Shown: positions 46,724 through 55,417 of the stretch, in pieces
Position numbering within the stretch: the stretch's first letter is position 1
How the letters are laid out: each line of letters begins with the position of its first letter
Source: Candidatus Acidiferrum sp.
GTDB lineage: Bacteria > Acidobacteriota > Terriglobia > Acidiferrales > UBA7541
NCBI GenBank assembly: GCA_041486245.1
Contig: JBGPLB010000003.1
Coordinates: 5,032 to 69,031, forward strand
Direction: 5' to 3'
DNA length: 64,000 nucleotides
Program-made: the position numbers and the translations under genes
Notes under the pieces: model-generated
The model's input: only the letters and a program-made list of their open reading frames with translations
The model's database searches: none
What the model was told of the DNA's origin: nothing

Positions 46724-47893
46724 ATGAGCAGAAATCCGTTTGAGCCTCAGAAGGAGCACAAATTCTCGTTTGGCCTTTGGACTGTGGGAAATCGCGGGCG
46801 CGATCCGTTTGGAGATTTTGTCAGAGACGCGCTCCCTCCCGACGATATTGTCGCGCTCCTGGCGGAGGTCGGCGCTTGGGGCGTGAACCTCCACGACAAC
46901 GACCTTGTGCCGATTGACGCAACGACACAGGAGCGTGATCGCATCGTGGCGAGTTTCAAAAAGGCTTGCGAGCGTCATCACATCGTGGTTCCCATGGCGA
47001 CGGTGAATGCTTTCTTCGATCCCGTCTTCAAGGACGGTGCCTACACGTCAAATGATCCTGCCGTCCGTGCCTATGCATTGCAGAAGGTCCTGCGCGCGAT
47101 GGACCTCGGCGCGGAGCTTGGTGCAAAGATTTTTGTGGTATGGAGTGGCCGGGACGGCGTGGAAACCGACTCCTGCCGCGATCCGCTGGAAGCCATCAAA
47201 CGCTACCGGGATGCGCTCAACTACATGGCCCGCTATTCCGCGGATCGGGGATACGGATACAAATTCGCACTAGAAGCGAAGCCAAATGAGCCGCGCGCCA
47301 ACATTTATTTTCCCACGACGGGCCATTACCTCGCATTTATCAACACGCTCGACGAGCATGAGAAATTTGGAGTGAATCCCGAAGTCGCCCACGAGCACAT
47401 GGCCGGTCTGAATTGCGCGCACGCCCTGGCTCTGGCGTGGGATGCGGGCAAACTCTTTCACCTGGATCTGAATGACCAGATGGCAGGATGCTACGATCAG
47501 GACTTTCGTTTCGGTTCCTACAATCTGAAATCGGCATTTTTCATTGTAAAATTTCTGGAAGATGTCGGCTATCAGGGGCCGCGGCACTTCGACGCGCACG
47601 CCTACCGCACCGAAGATTACGAAGGCGTGAAGGATTTCGCGCGCGGTTGCATGAGGACGTATCTCATCCTGAAAGAAAAAACCAAGCTCTGGAGCCAAAA
47701 CAAGCAAATTCAGCAAATCCTGCGGGAGATTCAAACTCCCGGGGCGCCTTTTCTGGAGGTGAAAGGCTACTCGAAAGCGCACGCAACAAAGTTGCTCCAG
47801 CACAACTTTGATCGCAACGCACTCGCCAAGAAACCGCTCCCATACGAGCGGCTGGATCAGCTCACGGTGGATTTGTTGCTGGGAGTTCTGTAG
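46724..47893 (+). CDS. xylA: Xylose isomerase (short class I type)
   Basis: FSFGLWTVGNRGRDPFGD, FALEAKPNEPR and NPEVAHEHMAGLN are canonical XylA motifs. At 389 aa it matches the actinobacterial/Thermus-type short class. Confidence 0.95.
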   Translation: MSRNPFEPQKEHKFSFGLWTVGNRGRDPFGDFVRDALPPDDIVALLAEVGAWGVNLHDNDLVPIDATTQERDRIVASFKKACERHHIVVPMATVNAFFDPVFKDGAYTSNDPAVRAYALQKVLRAMDLGAELGAKIFVVWSGRDGVETDSCRDPLEAIKRYRDALNYMARYSADRGYGYKFALEAKPNEPRANIYFPTTGHYLAFINTLDEHEKFGVNPEVAHEHMAGLNCAHALALAWDAGKLFHLDLNDQMAGCYDQDFRFGSYNLKSAFFIVKFLEDVGYQGPRHFDAHAYRTEDYEGVKDFARGCMRTYLILKEKTKLWSQNKQIQQILREIQTPGAPFLEVKGYSKAHATKLLQHNFDRNALAKKPLPYERLDQLTVDLLLGVL

Positions 47894-47915
47894 AACGCTA
47901 GATTTTTCAAATCCC

Positions 47916-50444
47916 ATGCGTCATTTACGATCCATCACGATTTGCGGGGTGCTTCTACTTCTCGCTCTTGGGTCGACATGCGCCCGAGCCGAGACGGGGG
48001 CTGACGCGTGGTTGCGCTATGCCCCGCTGGAGAAGGAGGCCGCCTCAAAGTACTCACGCTTGCCCGCAAACGTTGTGGTGCTCGGCGATTCCCCCGTGCT
48101 CGAATCCGCGAGAGCCGAGTTGATCCGCGGCATTCGAGGAATGTTGGGTAGGACACTGCGCGACTACAAGAACTTGCCGAAGGAGAACACCATCGTCCTC
48201 GGCACACTTTCTGCGTTGCAATCCGCTTCCCCCAATCTCCTCGAGCATACTCATCTTCGCGAAGACGGCTTTTTTCTAGCGACCGAACAAGTGCATGGAT
48301 TCGAATGCGTCATTGTCACAGCAACGAATGACCGCGGCGTTATGTATGGCGTGTTCGCGCTGCTTAGCAAGATCGCGCGGAACGAAAACGTTTCCTCATT
48401 GCATGAAACTCAGCAGCCCTACGCACCCATTCGCTGGACGGACGAGTGGGACAACCTCGACGGCAGTATCGAGCGCGGCTACGCGGGGCCGTCTATATTT
48501 TTTGAGAACGGCAGCGTCCGCGCGGACTTGACGCGCGCCAGCGAGTACGCTCGCTTGCTCGCTTCCATCGGAATCAACGGATGCGCGATCAACAGCGTCA
48601 ACGCCAATCCGCGAGTTATTGAGGACTATTTTCTCCCGCAGTTCGCTCGCGTTGCCGATGTGTTTCGTCCCTGGGGTGTGCAGCTCGCAATCTCCGTTGA
48701 CGTCAGCAGTCCGAAAGTGATCGGAGGCCTCGACACTTTCGATCCCGCGGATGCTCGCGTCGCCGAATGGTGGAGCAAAAAAGTCGACGAGATTTACCGG
48801 CTGATTCCGGATTTTGCCGGCATTGTCGTCAAGGCGGATTCCGAAGGCCGCCTTGGCCCAGCCACGTATGGACGCACGCCCGCCGATGCCGCCAATGTGA
48901 TTGCGCGCTCTCTCAAACCGCATCACGGAATCGTTTTTTACCGCGCCTTTGTCTACAACCATCATCTCGATTGGCGCGATCCCAAAAACGACCGGGCCAG
49001 AGCCGCCTACGACATCTTTCATCCGCTCGACGGCAAGTTCGACGACAATGTGATCATCCAGATCAAACACGGACCGATTGATTTCCAGGTCCGTGAGCCG
49101 GCCTCACCGCTCTTCACCGGCCTCGAGAAAACAAATGAGGCTATCGAGCTGCAAGTCACGCAGGAATACACGGGCCAGCAACGGCATCTGTGTTTTCTTC
49201 CTCCGATGTGGAAGGAAGTTCTCGATTTCGATATGCACGCGGGCGAGCATCCCACACCGGTGAAGGATATTGTGGCTGGCAAGGCCTTTCATCGGCCCAC
49301 GGGCGGATTCGTTGCTGTCGTGAATGTCGGCATGGATGCCAACTGGCTCGGCCATCCGCTGGCCATGGCTAATCTTTATGGATTTGGCAGGCTGGCTTGG
49401 AATCCCCATCTCTCTTCCAAGAGCCTTGCACAGGAATGGACGCAACTAAGTTTTGGAAACGATCCCGTAGTAGTCCAAACAATTTCAAACATGCTGCTGA
49501 CGTCCTGGCCGATCTACGAAAGCTATACGGGTCCGCTGGGCGCGGGAACGCTTACGGATATCCTCGGAAGCCATTATGGGCCGGGAGTTGAATCGTCCGA
49601 ACGAAACGGCTGGGGACAATGGCATTGCGCTGACCACGATGGCATCGGGATGGACCGGACGGCCACCACGGGCACCGGCTATGTCGATCAATATCGCGCC
49701 CCTGTCGCAAAAAGTTACGAGTCCCTGGCCACCACTCCGGACGAACTGCTGCTTTTCTTTCATCATGTGCCCTACACCTACGTTTTGCATTCGAGAAAAA
49801 CAGTCATCCAGCGCATTTACGATTCGCATTACGCAGGCGCGGAAGCCGCGGCAAATCTCATTCAGCAATGGAATTCGTTGAAAGGCCGCGTGGATGGCGA
49901 GCGTTACGCGGAAGTGTTGAAGCGCCTCGAATATCAGGCTGGGCATGCGATTGTTTGGCGCGATGCAGTTTGTAATTGGTTTTTTCGTGTTTCCGGCGTA
50001 CCCGATCAGCACGGCCGAGTTGGACATTATCCCGACCGCATTGAGGCCGAAGCGATGCAGTTGCAAGGTTACGTGCCCTTCGATGTTATTCCCTCCGAGG
50101 ACGCTTCGGGCGGGAAGGCGGTTGAGTGCGCGCCCCCGGCGCAAAAGTGTTCTGCGGCATTCCGCTTCAATGGCGCTGCGGGAAAGTACGAGATGGACGT
50201 CGAGTATTTTGACCAGAACAACGGAAAATCGAAATTTCGCGTCCTGGTTGGCGATCGCGTCGTCGACGAATGGGCCGCCGATGATCACTTGCCGTCGAAA
50301 AAGCCGAACGCTGATTCTTCAACACGGCGCCGGATCACGGGTCTCGCGCTTCGTCCTGACGATAGCATCCGCATTGAAGGGATTCCGGATAGTGAAGAGC
50401 GCGCATCTCTGGACTATATCGAAATCCAGCTTTCGTCCGAATGA
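47916..50444 (+). CDS. aguA: Glycoside hydrolase family 67 alpha-glucuronidase with a C-terminal CBM-like extension of about 134 aa
   Basis: ATG at 47916, 22 nt after the xylA stop. Signal peptide. GH67 motifs GADAWLRY, IQIKHGPIDFQVREP and VTQEYTGQQ. The extension (50040-50441) runs from IEAEAMQLQGY to LDYIEIQ. Confidence 0.9.
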   Translation: MRHLRSITICGVLLLLALGSTCARAETGADAWLRYAPLEKEAASKYSRLPANVVVLGDSPVLESARAELIRGIRGMLGRTLRDYKNLPKENTIVLGTLSALQSASPNLLEHTHLREDGFFLATEQVHGFECVIVTATNDRGVMYGVFALLSKIARNENVSSLHETQQPYAPIRWTDEWDNLDGSIERGYAGPSIFFENGSVRADLTRASEYARLLASIGINGCAINSVNANPRVIEDYFLPQFARVADVFRPWGVQLAISVDVSSPKVIGGLDTFDPADARVAEWWSKKVDEIYRLIPDFAGIVVKADSEGRLGPATYGRTPADAANVIARSLKPHHGIVFYRAFVYNHHLDWRDPKNDRARAAYDIFHPLDGKFDDNVIIQIKHGPIDFQVREPASPLFTGLEKTNEAIELQVTQEYTGQQRHLCFLPPMWKEVLDFDMHAGEHPTPVKDIVAGKAFHRPTGGFVAVVNVGMDANWLGHPLAMANLYGFGRLAWNPHLSSKSLAQEWTQLSFGNDPVVVQTISNMLLTSWPIYESYTGPLGAGTLTDILGSHYGPGVESSERNGWGQWHCADHDGIGMDRTATTGTGYVDQYRAPVAKSYESLATTPDELLLFFHHVPYTYVLHSRKTVIQRIYDSHYAGAEAAANLIQQWNSLKGRVDGERYAEVLKRLEYQAGHAIVWRDAVCNWFFRVSGVPDQHGRVGHYPDRIEAEAMQLQGYVPFDVIPSEDASGGKAVECAPPAQKCSAAFRFNGAAGKYEMDVEYFDQNNGKSKFRVLVGDRVVDEWAADDHLPSKKPNADSSTRRRITGLALRPDDSIRIEGIPDSEERASLDYIEIQLSSE

Positions 50445-50841
50445 TTTGGCTTCGACGAAACAATCCCTGCCCCCGCGCATTACACTTCTAGCGTTTCCAC
50501 CTTGCCAAAGACTCAGTACGATTTGGGAGCCGGTCAGTCTCCGTTGAATGCGTTTACACAAACGTTCATCAAAAAGTGGATCCCTGCGCAGGCGGGAAGC
50601 CTGTTCCCATCCGTTGTCCGCAGGGAGCGGAAAAACCATGTGCAGTACCGAACAGCATTGAGGATTGGATGTTTCTATAATGACGCAAGAGTCTAGATGT
50701 GACTCCGGCCGCAGATGTATGAATTTCGAGTTCCCAACTGCGGCGACCCGGCAAACCATCAGAATCACATCGAAGACACCGAGCTTAGTTGGTCTGATTG
50801 ACCTCCCGCCAGCGAAGGAACATCAGGCAGAAAGAAGCACA

Positions 50842-52071
50842 ATGCGCTTCATCTTATCCATTCGTTCATTGCTGTTCGCACTCGTATTGCTAGCCATCTC
50901 GGCAGCATCATCCGCCCAAATTAGCGTAGGAACCTCAATCAGGATCGCCCCACCCGAACTGCCCGTCTACGAGCAGCCCATCAGCCCCGGTGACGACTAT
51001 ATCTGGACCCCGGGTTATTGGGCGTATGGCGACGACGATTATTATTGGGTACCGGGAACTTGGGTCATAGCTCCCGAGGTCGGCTACCTCTGGACTCCGG
51101 GCTACTGGGGAGAAGATGGCGACGACTACATCTTTCACGAAGGCTATTGGGGAACACAAGTCGGTTTCTACGGCGGAATTAATTATGGCTATGGCTACTT
51201 TGGTCGCGGCTACGAAGGCGGACGCTGGGACAACGGCCACTTTTTCTACAACCAATCAGTGAGCCATGTCGACGTATCCCGTAATCGCAACGTCTACAAC
51301 ACAAGAGTCGAGGACAACAACTCCGGTAATCGCGTCAGCTTTAACGGCGGCCGCGGCGGCAGAAGCGATCGTCCCACGTCTCAAGAAGAAGCTGCCGAAC
51401 GCGAGAGGCACATCGCGCCGGTGGCCGCGCAAACTCAGCATGTTCAGTCTGCCCGCACCAACCCTGAGCTACGCTCCTCCGCAAATCACGGCAAGCCGCC
51501 CATCGCTGCTACCTCTAAGCCGGGAGCATTCAGAGACAGCGGAGCAGTAGCTGCCAGAGAAGGCGGAGCAGTTCATAGCGCCCCTCCCGCTTCCGTGAAC
51601 AACAATGATCGCCCTAGCAACGAGACGGCACGGCCGAGCACCGAGACCGCTCGCCCGAACACCGAGTCTCCACGCCAGAACGCCGAGACCGCTCGTCCAA
51701 ACGCAGAGACTACTCGCCCAAGTCCAGCGACGCATGCCAGGGATCTTCCGCCCGCGGAGCAAGTCGCCGCGTCAAATACCGGCAATGCTAAACGGGACCA
51801 GAAGTACCAGCAGCAGCAGCAAAGGCTTCAAGTACAGCAAGTCAGTGAGCGCACGAAACTCCAGACAAAGCAAGAGCAGGATCATCAGCGGCTCCCGCAA
51901 AGTCCCGCCAATGCACCGCGCCAGCAACAGCTGGAGCAGAAGCACCAACAGCAGACACAGCAACTGGAGCAAAAACACACCCAGCAACAACAACAGTTGC
52001 AGCAACGCCAGCAACCAGCATCGCATCAGACCGCGCCAAAGCCAGAAGAGAAGAAAAAGCCTTCTCAATAG
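50842..52071 (+). CDS. YXWGXW-repeat secreted protein with a low-complexity (7-aa tandem repeat plus Gln-rich) C-terminal tail
   Basis: Signal peptide MRFILSIRSLLFALVLLAISAASSAQ. Repeats YIWTPGYWAY, YYWVPGTWV, YLWTPGYWG and YIFHEGYWG. The tail is described under findings. Confidence 0.85.
   Translation: MRFILSIRSLLFALVLLAISAASSAQISVGTSIRIAPPELPVYEQPISPGDDYIWTPGYWAYGDDDYYWVPGTWVIAPEVGYLWTPGYWGEDGDDYIFHEGYWGTQVGFYGGINYGYGYFGRGYEGGRWDNGHFFYNQSVSHVDVSRNRNVYNTRVEDNNSGNRVSFNGGRGGRSDRPTSQEEAAERERHIAPVAAQTQHVQSARTNPELRSSANHGKPPIAATSKPGAFRDSGAVAAREGGAVHSAPPASVNNNDRPSNETARPSTETARPNTESPRQNAETARPNAETTRPSPATHARDLPPAEQVAASNTGNAKRDQKYQQQQQRLQVQQVSERTKLQTKQEQDHQRLPQSPANAPRQQQLEQKHQQQTQQLEQKHTQQQQQLQQRQQPASHQTAPKPEEKKKPSQ
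51619..51723 (+). repeat. Five tandem 21-bp (7-codon) repeats inside the YXWGXW gene
   Basis: Encodes NETARPS / TETARPN / TESPRQN / AETARPN / AETTRPS, read codon by codon. Confidence 0.8.
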
Positions 52072-52198
52072 ACCCAGCGAACTACCCTGACAGAATTGCA
52101 CAGTGGACGGAGGCAAGCCTGGTATCCACCCCGGCAGTGCCGGGCTTGCTCGCAGTGCGCCGCATAATCGAAAATTGACGCTCTACCGGACGAAAACC

Positions 52199-53305
52199 CT
52201 ACGTTTGCAAAAGAGCACTGCCCTTAAGCACCGGTTCGCTAGGCTTGATTTCCGACAGCCGGATTTCGCGGAAGAGATGCAGGTTCGTGGACATCACGAC
52301 TCCGGGGCTGAGATGCGCTGCCGGAGGGAGGTGAACTTTGTTGGTGAGATTATCGGCAATGAGGCGCACCGCGATCTGACCCTGCCGATACGGATGCTGG
52401 TAAATCGATGCGGTGATGATCCCTTTTTGAAAGTAAGGAGCCATCTCTGCAAAGAGGTCCGTGGTGATTAGCTTAACTTTGCCCTCGAACCCCTGCGCTC
52501 CGAGAGCGCGGCACACCGGAAGGCAGTTGACGGTGTTCACATAAAGTCCATCGAGCACGGGGAAGCGGCGGAGGAGATCAGACGTCTTCTGGAAGCTCTC
52601 GTTCTCATCCTCGTGTCCTTCGACTACGCTGATGATTTTGCCCCCCGGGCAGTGCCGCAGAAATCCTTCCGAGAAGCCGTCCGTCTTCTTTCGATGATCC
52701 TCGGTCGTCAGCATCCCCGCAACGACCGCCACCTTCGAACCGCGTGGAACAAACTTGCCCATCAATTCACCCGCCAGGCATCCGTTCAAGTACGGCTCAA
52801 CGCAAACGATGCTGGAGCGCCGGCTCTCCGGAGCATCCGTGGAAACACACACTACGCGGAGGCCTTTTTCTTCCGCTTCGTTGATCAGCGGCGTAAGAGC
52901 CTTCGGATTTCCCGCCGTGAGGATAATTCCATGTACCCCACTTTCCACCAGTTCCTGGAACGCCTTTTTATCTCCTTCTCCCAACGATTGAACGGGACGG
53001 TTCACAAATTCGATTCCGAGTTGCTCCAGATGCCGCGCCTCGTCCAAAACTCCGCCCCAAAGCTGGTCGTAGAAAAAGTGGATTTCTTTGGGAATGCAGA
53101 CTCCAATGCGAACTCCAGCTCTCGCAACCGAAAGTGCGCGAGCTGCGAGATTAGGCGAATAGCCTATTTGTTGCGCGATTTGCAGAATCCGCTTGCGGGT
53201 CGATTCTTTAATCCCGCCTCGCCCGTGCAGAGCGCGATCCACGGTTCCGATAGAAACATTCGCCATCTCAGCGATTAAATGGATTCCGTGTTTTCCCTTG
53301 CTCAT
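52199..53305 (-). CDS. LacI-family transcriptional regulator (LacI-2)
   Basis: HTH IHLIAEMANVSIGTVDRALHGRGGIKESTRKRI followed by a PBP-like sugar-binding core. Confidence 0.9.
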   Translation of the reverse strand: MSKGKHGIHLIAEMANVSIGTVDRALHGRGGIKESTRKRILQIAQQIGYSPNLAARALSVARAGVRIGVCIPKEIHFFYDQLWGGVLDEARHLEQLGIEFVNRPVQSLGEGDKKAFQELVESGVHGIILTAGNPKALTPLINEAEEKGLRVVCVSTDAPESRRSSIVCVEPYLNGCLAGELMGKFVPRGSKVAVVAGMLTTEDHRKKTDGFSEGFLRHCPGGKIISVVEGHEDENESFQKTSDLLRRFPVLDGLYVNTVNCLPVCRALGAQGFEGKVKLITTDLFAEMAPYFQKGIITASIYQHPYRQGQIAVRLIADNLTNKVHLPPAAHLSPGVVMSTNLHLFREIRLSEIKPSEPVLKGSALLQT

Positions 53306-53485
53306 CTAGTGCACTCCGCCATTCCGCATGCCGTCCGCAACACGCTCTGCCGGAATGCTCCAGCCTGGCCCGCACGATATGACCTTTGAGTTCTCACCAA
53401 AGTAGCCGATTGGATTCAGCAGTCCCGAGCCCCCATCCTAAACTGTCATCCCTACAAAGCAAATTTAGGAGATGAGTCGCGCGGC

Positions 53486-53501
53486 CCGCGTACGTTAACA
53501 C
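53486..53501. promoter_or_regulatory. Operator candidate, site B (CCGCGTACGTTAACAC)
   Basis: Shares the exact 10-mer GTACGTTAAC with site A (as reverse complement). Lies in the LacI-2 / GH51 divergent intergenic region. Confidence 0.5.
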
Positions 53502-53712
53502 GATTTAATAGAGTCTGAGAAAGAATCAATCGACCAAGAAAATTTGCCCCGGAGAATTCCGCGCTTGCACATCTCCATGGATTGGGGAGTACAATCACGC
53601 CCGCCCTCACGACGAATTCGAGGCTCGCGTAAGCTTGGACGCGTCCCCGGCTTTGTTAGCCATGGATGAGAGCGCATTTATTAGGACCGAATTCCAAGTA
53701 GGGAGGCCTCGA

Positions 53713-55332
53713 ATGCGACCAGTCTCGCGGCGGAAATTCCTGCAAAAAGCCTCTGGAGCAGGCATCGCGCTTGGCGCGAATTTCGCCTTTGGAAGGAACT
53801 TGCTCGGCCAGACTTCGCCGAATTTAGCAAAGCCGGTCCGCATCTACGCCGACGCTCGCCGCACCCTTGCCCCAATCCAGCGAGAGCTGTTTGGCTCGTT
53901 TCTCGAGCAGTTGGGCCGGGCCATCTACGAGGGCATCTACGATCCGCAGTCGAAACTCTCGGACAGCAATGGCTATCGTAAGGATGTTACCGAAGAAATC
54001 CGCAAACTTGGGGTTCCCATCATTCGGTATCCCGGCGGAAATTTTGTTTCCGGCTACAACTGGCTCGACGGCATCGGCCCCAAAGCCAATCGTCCGAGAG
54101 TGCTGGACAGAGCCTGGAATACCGTCAACTCCAACGAGTTTGGAACGGATGAGTTTCTCGCGTGGTGCCGTCTCGCCAACACAGAGCCGCTGCTCGCGGT
54201 GAATCTAGGCACTGGGACCGCGGAGGAAGCAGCGGCCCTGGTCGAGTATTGCAATGTGGAGAAAGGCACGCGCTGGAGCGATCTTCGTCGTAAGAACGGA
54301 GTCGCCGGCGCTTACAAGGTTAAAAACTGGTGCCTCGGAAATGAAATGGATGGGCCCTGGCAGATCGGCCACATGACGGCAACTGAGTATGGTTTGAAAG
54401 CCGAAGACGCCGCGCGCCAAATGCGCTACGTGGATCCTTCGCTGAAACTGGTGGCATGCGGATCCAGCGGCCCGGGAATGCCCACGTATCTGGAATGGGA
54501 CCGCGAAGTTCTCGAACAATGTTACGACTACGTGGACGCAATTTCCCTTCATCGCTATTTCAACAATGCCGAAGATACGGGCGGCGATAGCTCCAAGTTC
54601 TTGGCCATGAACTTGAGTATGGAGCGGCAAATCGACGAAGTGGCGGCAGTTTGCGATGTGGTCCGCGGACACAAGCGGTCTTCGAAAATGCTGTGGCTAA
54701 GCTTCGACGAATGGAATGTCTGGTACCGCGCGCGGACCGGCGCCGCGGTTAACGGCGGCAGGCAAACTGCTCCGCATCTCTTGGAAGAAGTCTATAACCT
54801 GGAGGATGCTCTCCTGGTTGGTGGCCTGCTCAATGCTCTGATTCGCAAGGCAGACCGCGTGAAACTCGCCTGTCTCGCGCAACTCGTGAATGTAATAGCT
54901 CCCATCATGACCAACGAAAACAGTCTGCTGCGGCAAACCACTTACTATCCGTACAGCTGGGCGCTGGAATTTGCCCGTGGCGCGGCGCTTGATCTCTTGG
55001 TGGAATCACCGGCTTATGACGTTCCACGATTGGGAGAAGTTCCGTATGTCGACGTAGCCGGAACGCTACAGGCCGAATCCGGGAAAATGGCGCTTTTTCT
55101 GCTGAACCGCGATTTGGCGAAGCCTCGCCAAGTGGAAATCGTCTGGGAAGGCTCATCTCCGCGCGCCGGCGAAGCTATTGTCCTGACCGGGAGTGACCTA
55201 AAGGCTTCGAATACATTTGAAGCTCCTGCGCGAGTGACGCCGCAAAAGGGCGAAAAACCTTCGAACATAGGTGGACGTTCGAGCCTCGAGTTGCCGCCGC
55301 GTTCTTATACCGTTGTCCAATGGACCGCCTAG
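53713..55332 (+). CDS. abfA: Glycoside hydrolase family 51 alpha-L-arabinofuranosidase, Tat-exported
   Basis: ATG at 53713 after GGGAGG. Tat-like SRRKFLQKASGAG. GH51 motifs IIRYPGGNFVSGYNW, EFGTDEFLAW and WCLGNEMDGPWQIGH. Confidence 0.9.
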   Translation: MRPVSRRKFLQKASGAGIALGANFAFGRNLLGQTSPNLAKPVRIYADARRTLAPIQRELFGSFLEQLGRAIYEGIYDPQSKLSDSNGYRKDVTEEIRKLGVPIIRYPGGNFVSGYNWLDGIGPKANRPRVLDRAWNTVNSNEFGTDEFLAWCRLANTEPLLAVNLGTGTAEEAAALVEYCNVEKGTRWSDLRRKNGVAGAYKVKNWCLGNEMDGPWQIGHMTATEYGLKAEDAARQMRYVDPSLKLVACGSSGPGMPTYLEWDREVLEQCYDYVDAISLHRYFNNAEDTGGDSSKFLAMNLSMERQIDEVAAVCDVVRGHKRSSKMLWLSFDEWNVWYRARTGAAVNGGRQTAPHLLEEVYNLEDALLVGGLLNALIRKADRVKLACLAQLVNVIAPIMTNENSLLRQTTYYPYSWALEFARGAALDLLVESPAYDVPRLGEVPYVDVAGTLQAESGKMALFLLNRDLAKPRQVEIVWEGSSPRAGEAIVLTGSDLKASNTFEAPARVTPQKGEKPSNIGGRSSLELPPRSYTVVQWTA

Positions 55333-55417
55333 GCCGGACGTGACAGCCGATTGTAAGTCCACGAGCTCATGGCAATGCCCTTTGCCTCCTGCTATCATCC
55401 CTTCAGGGAAGTGTCTT

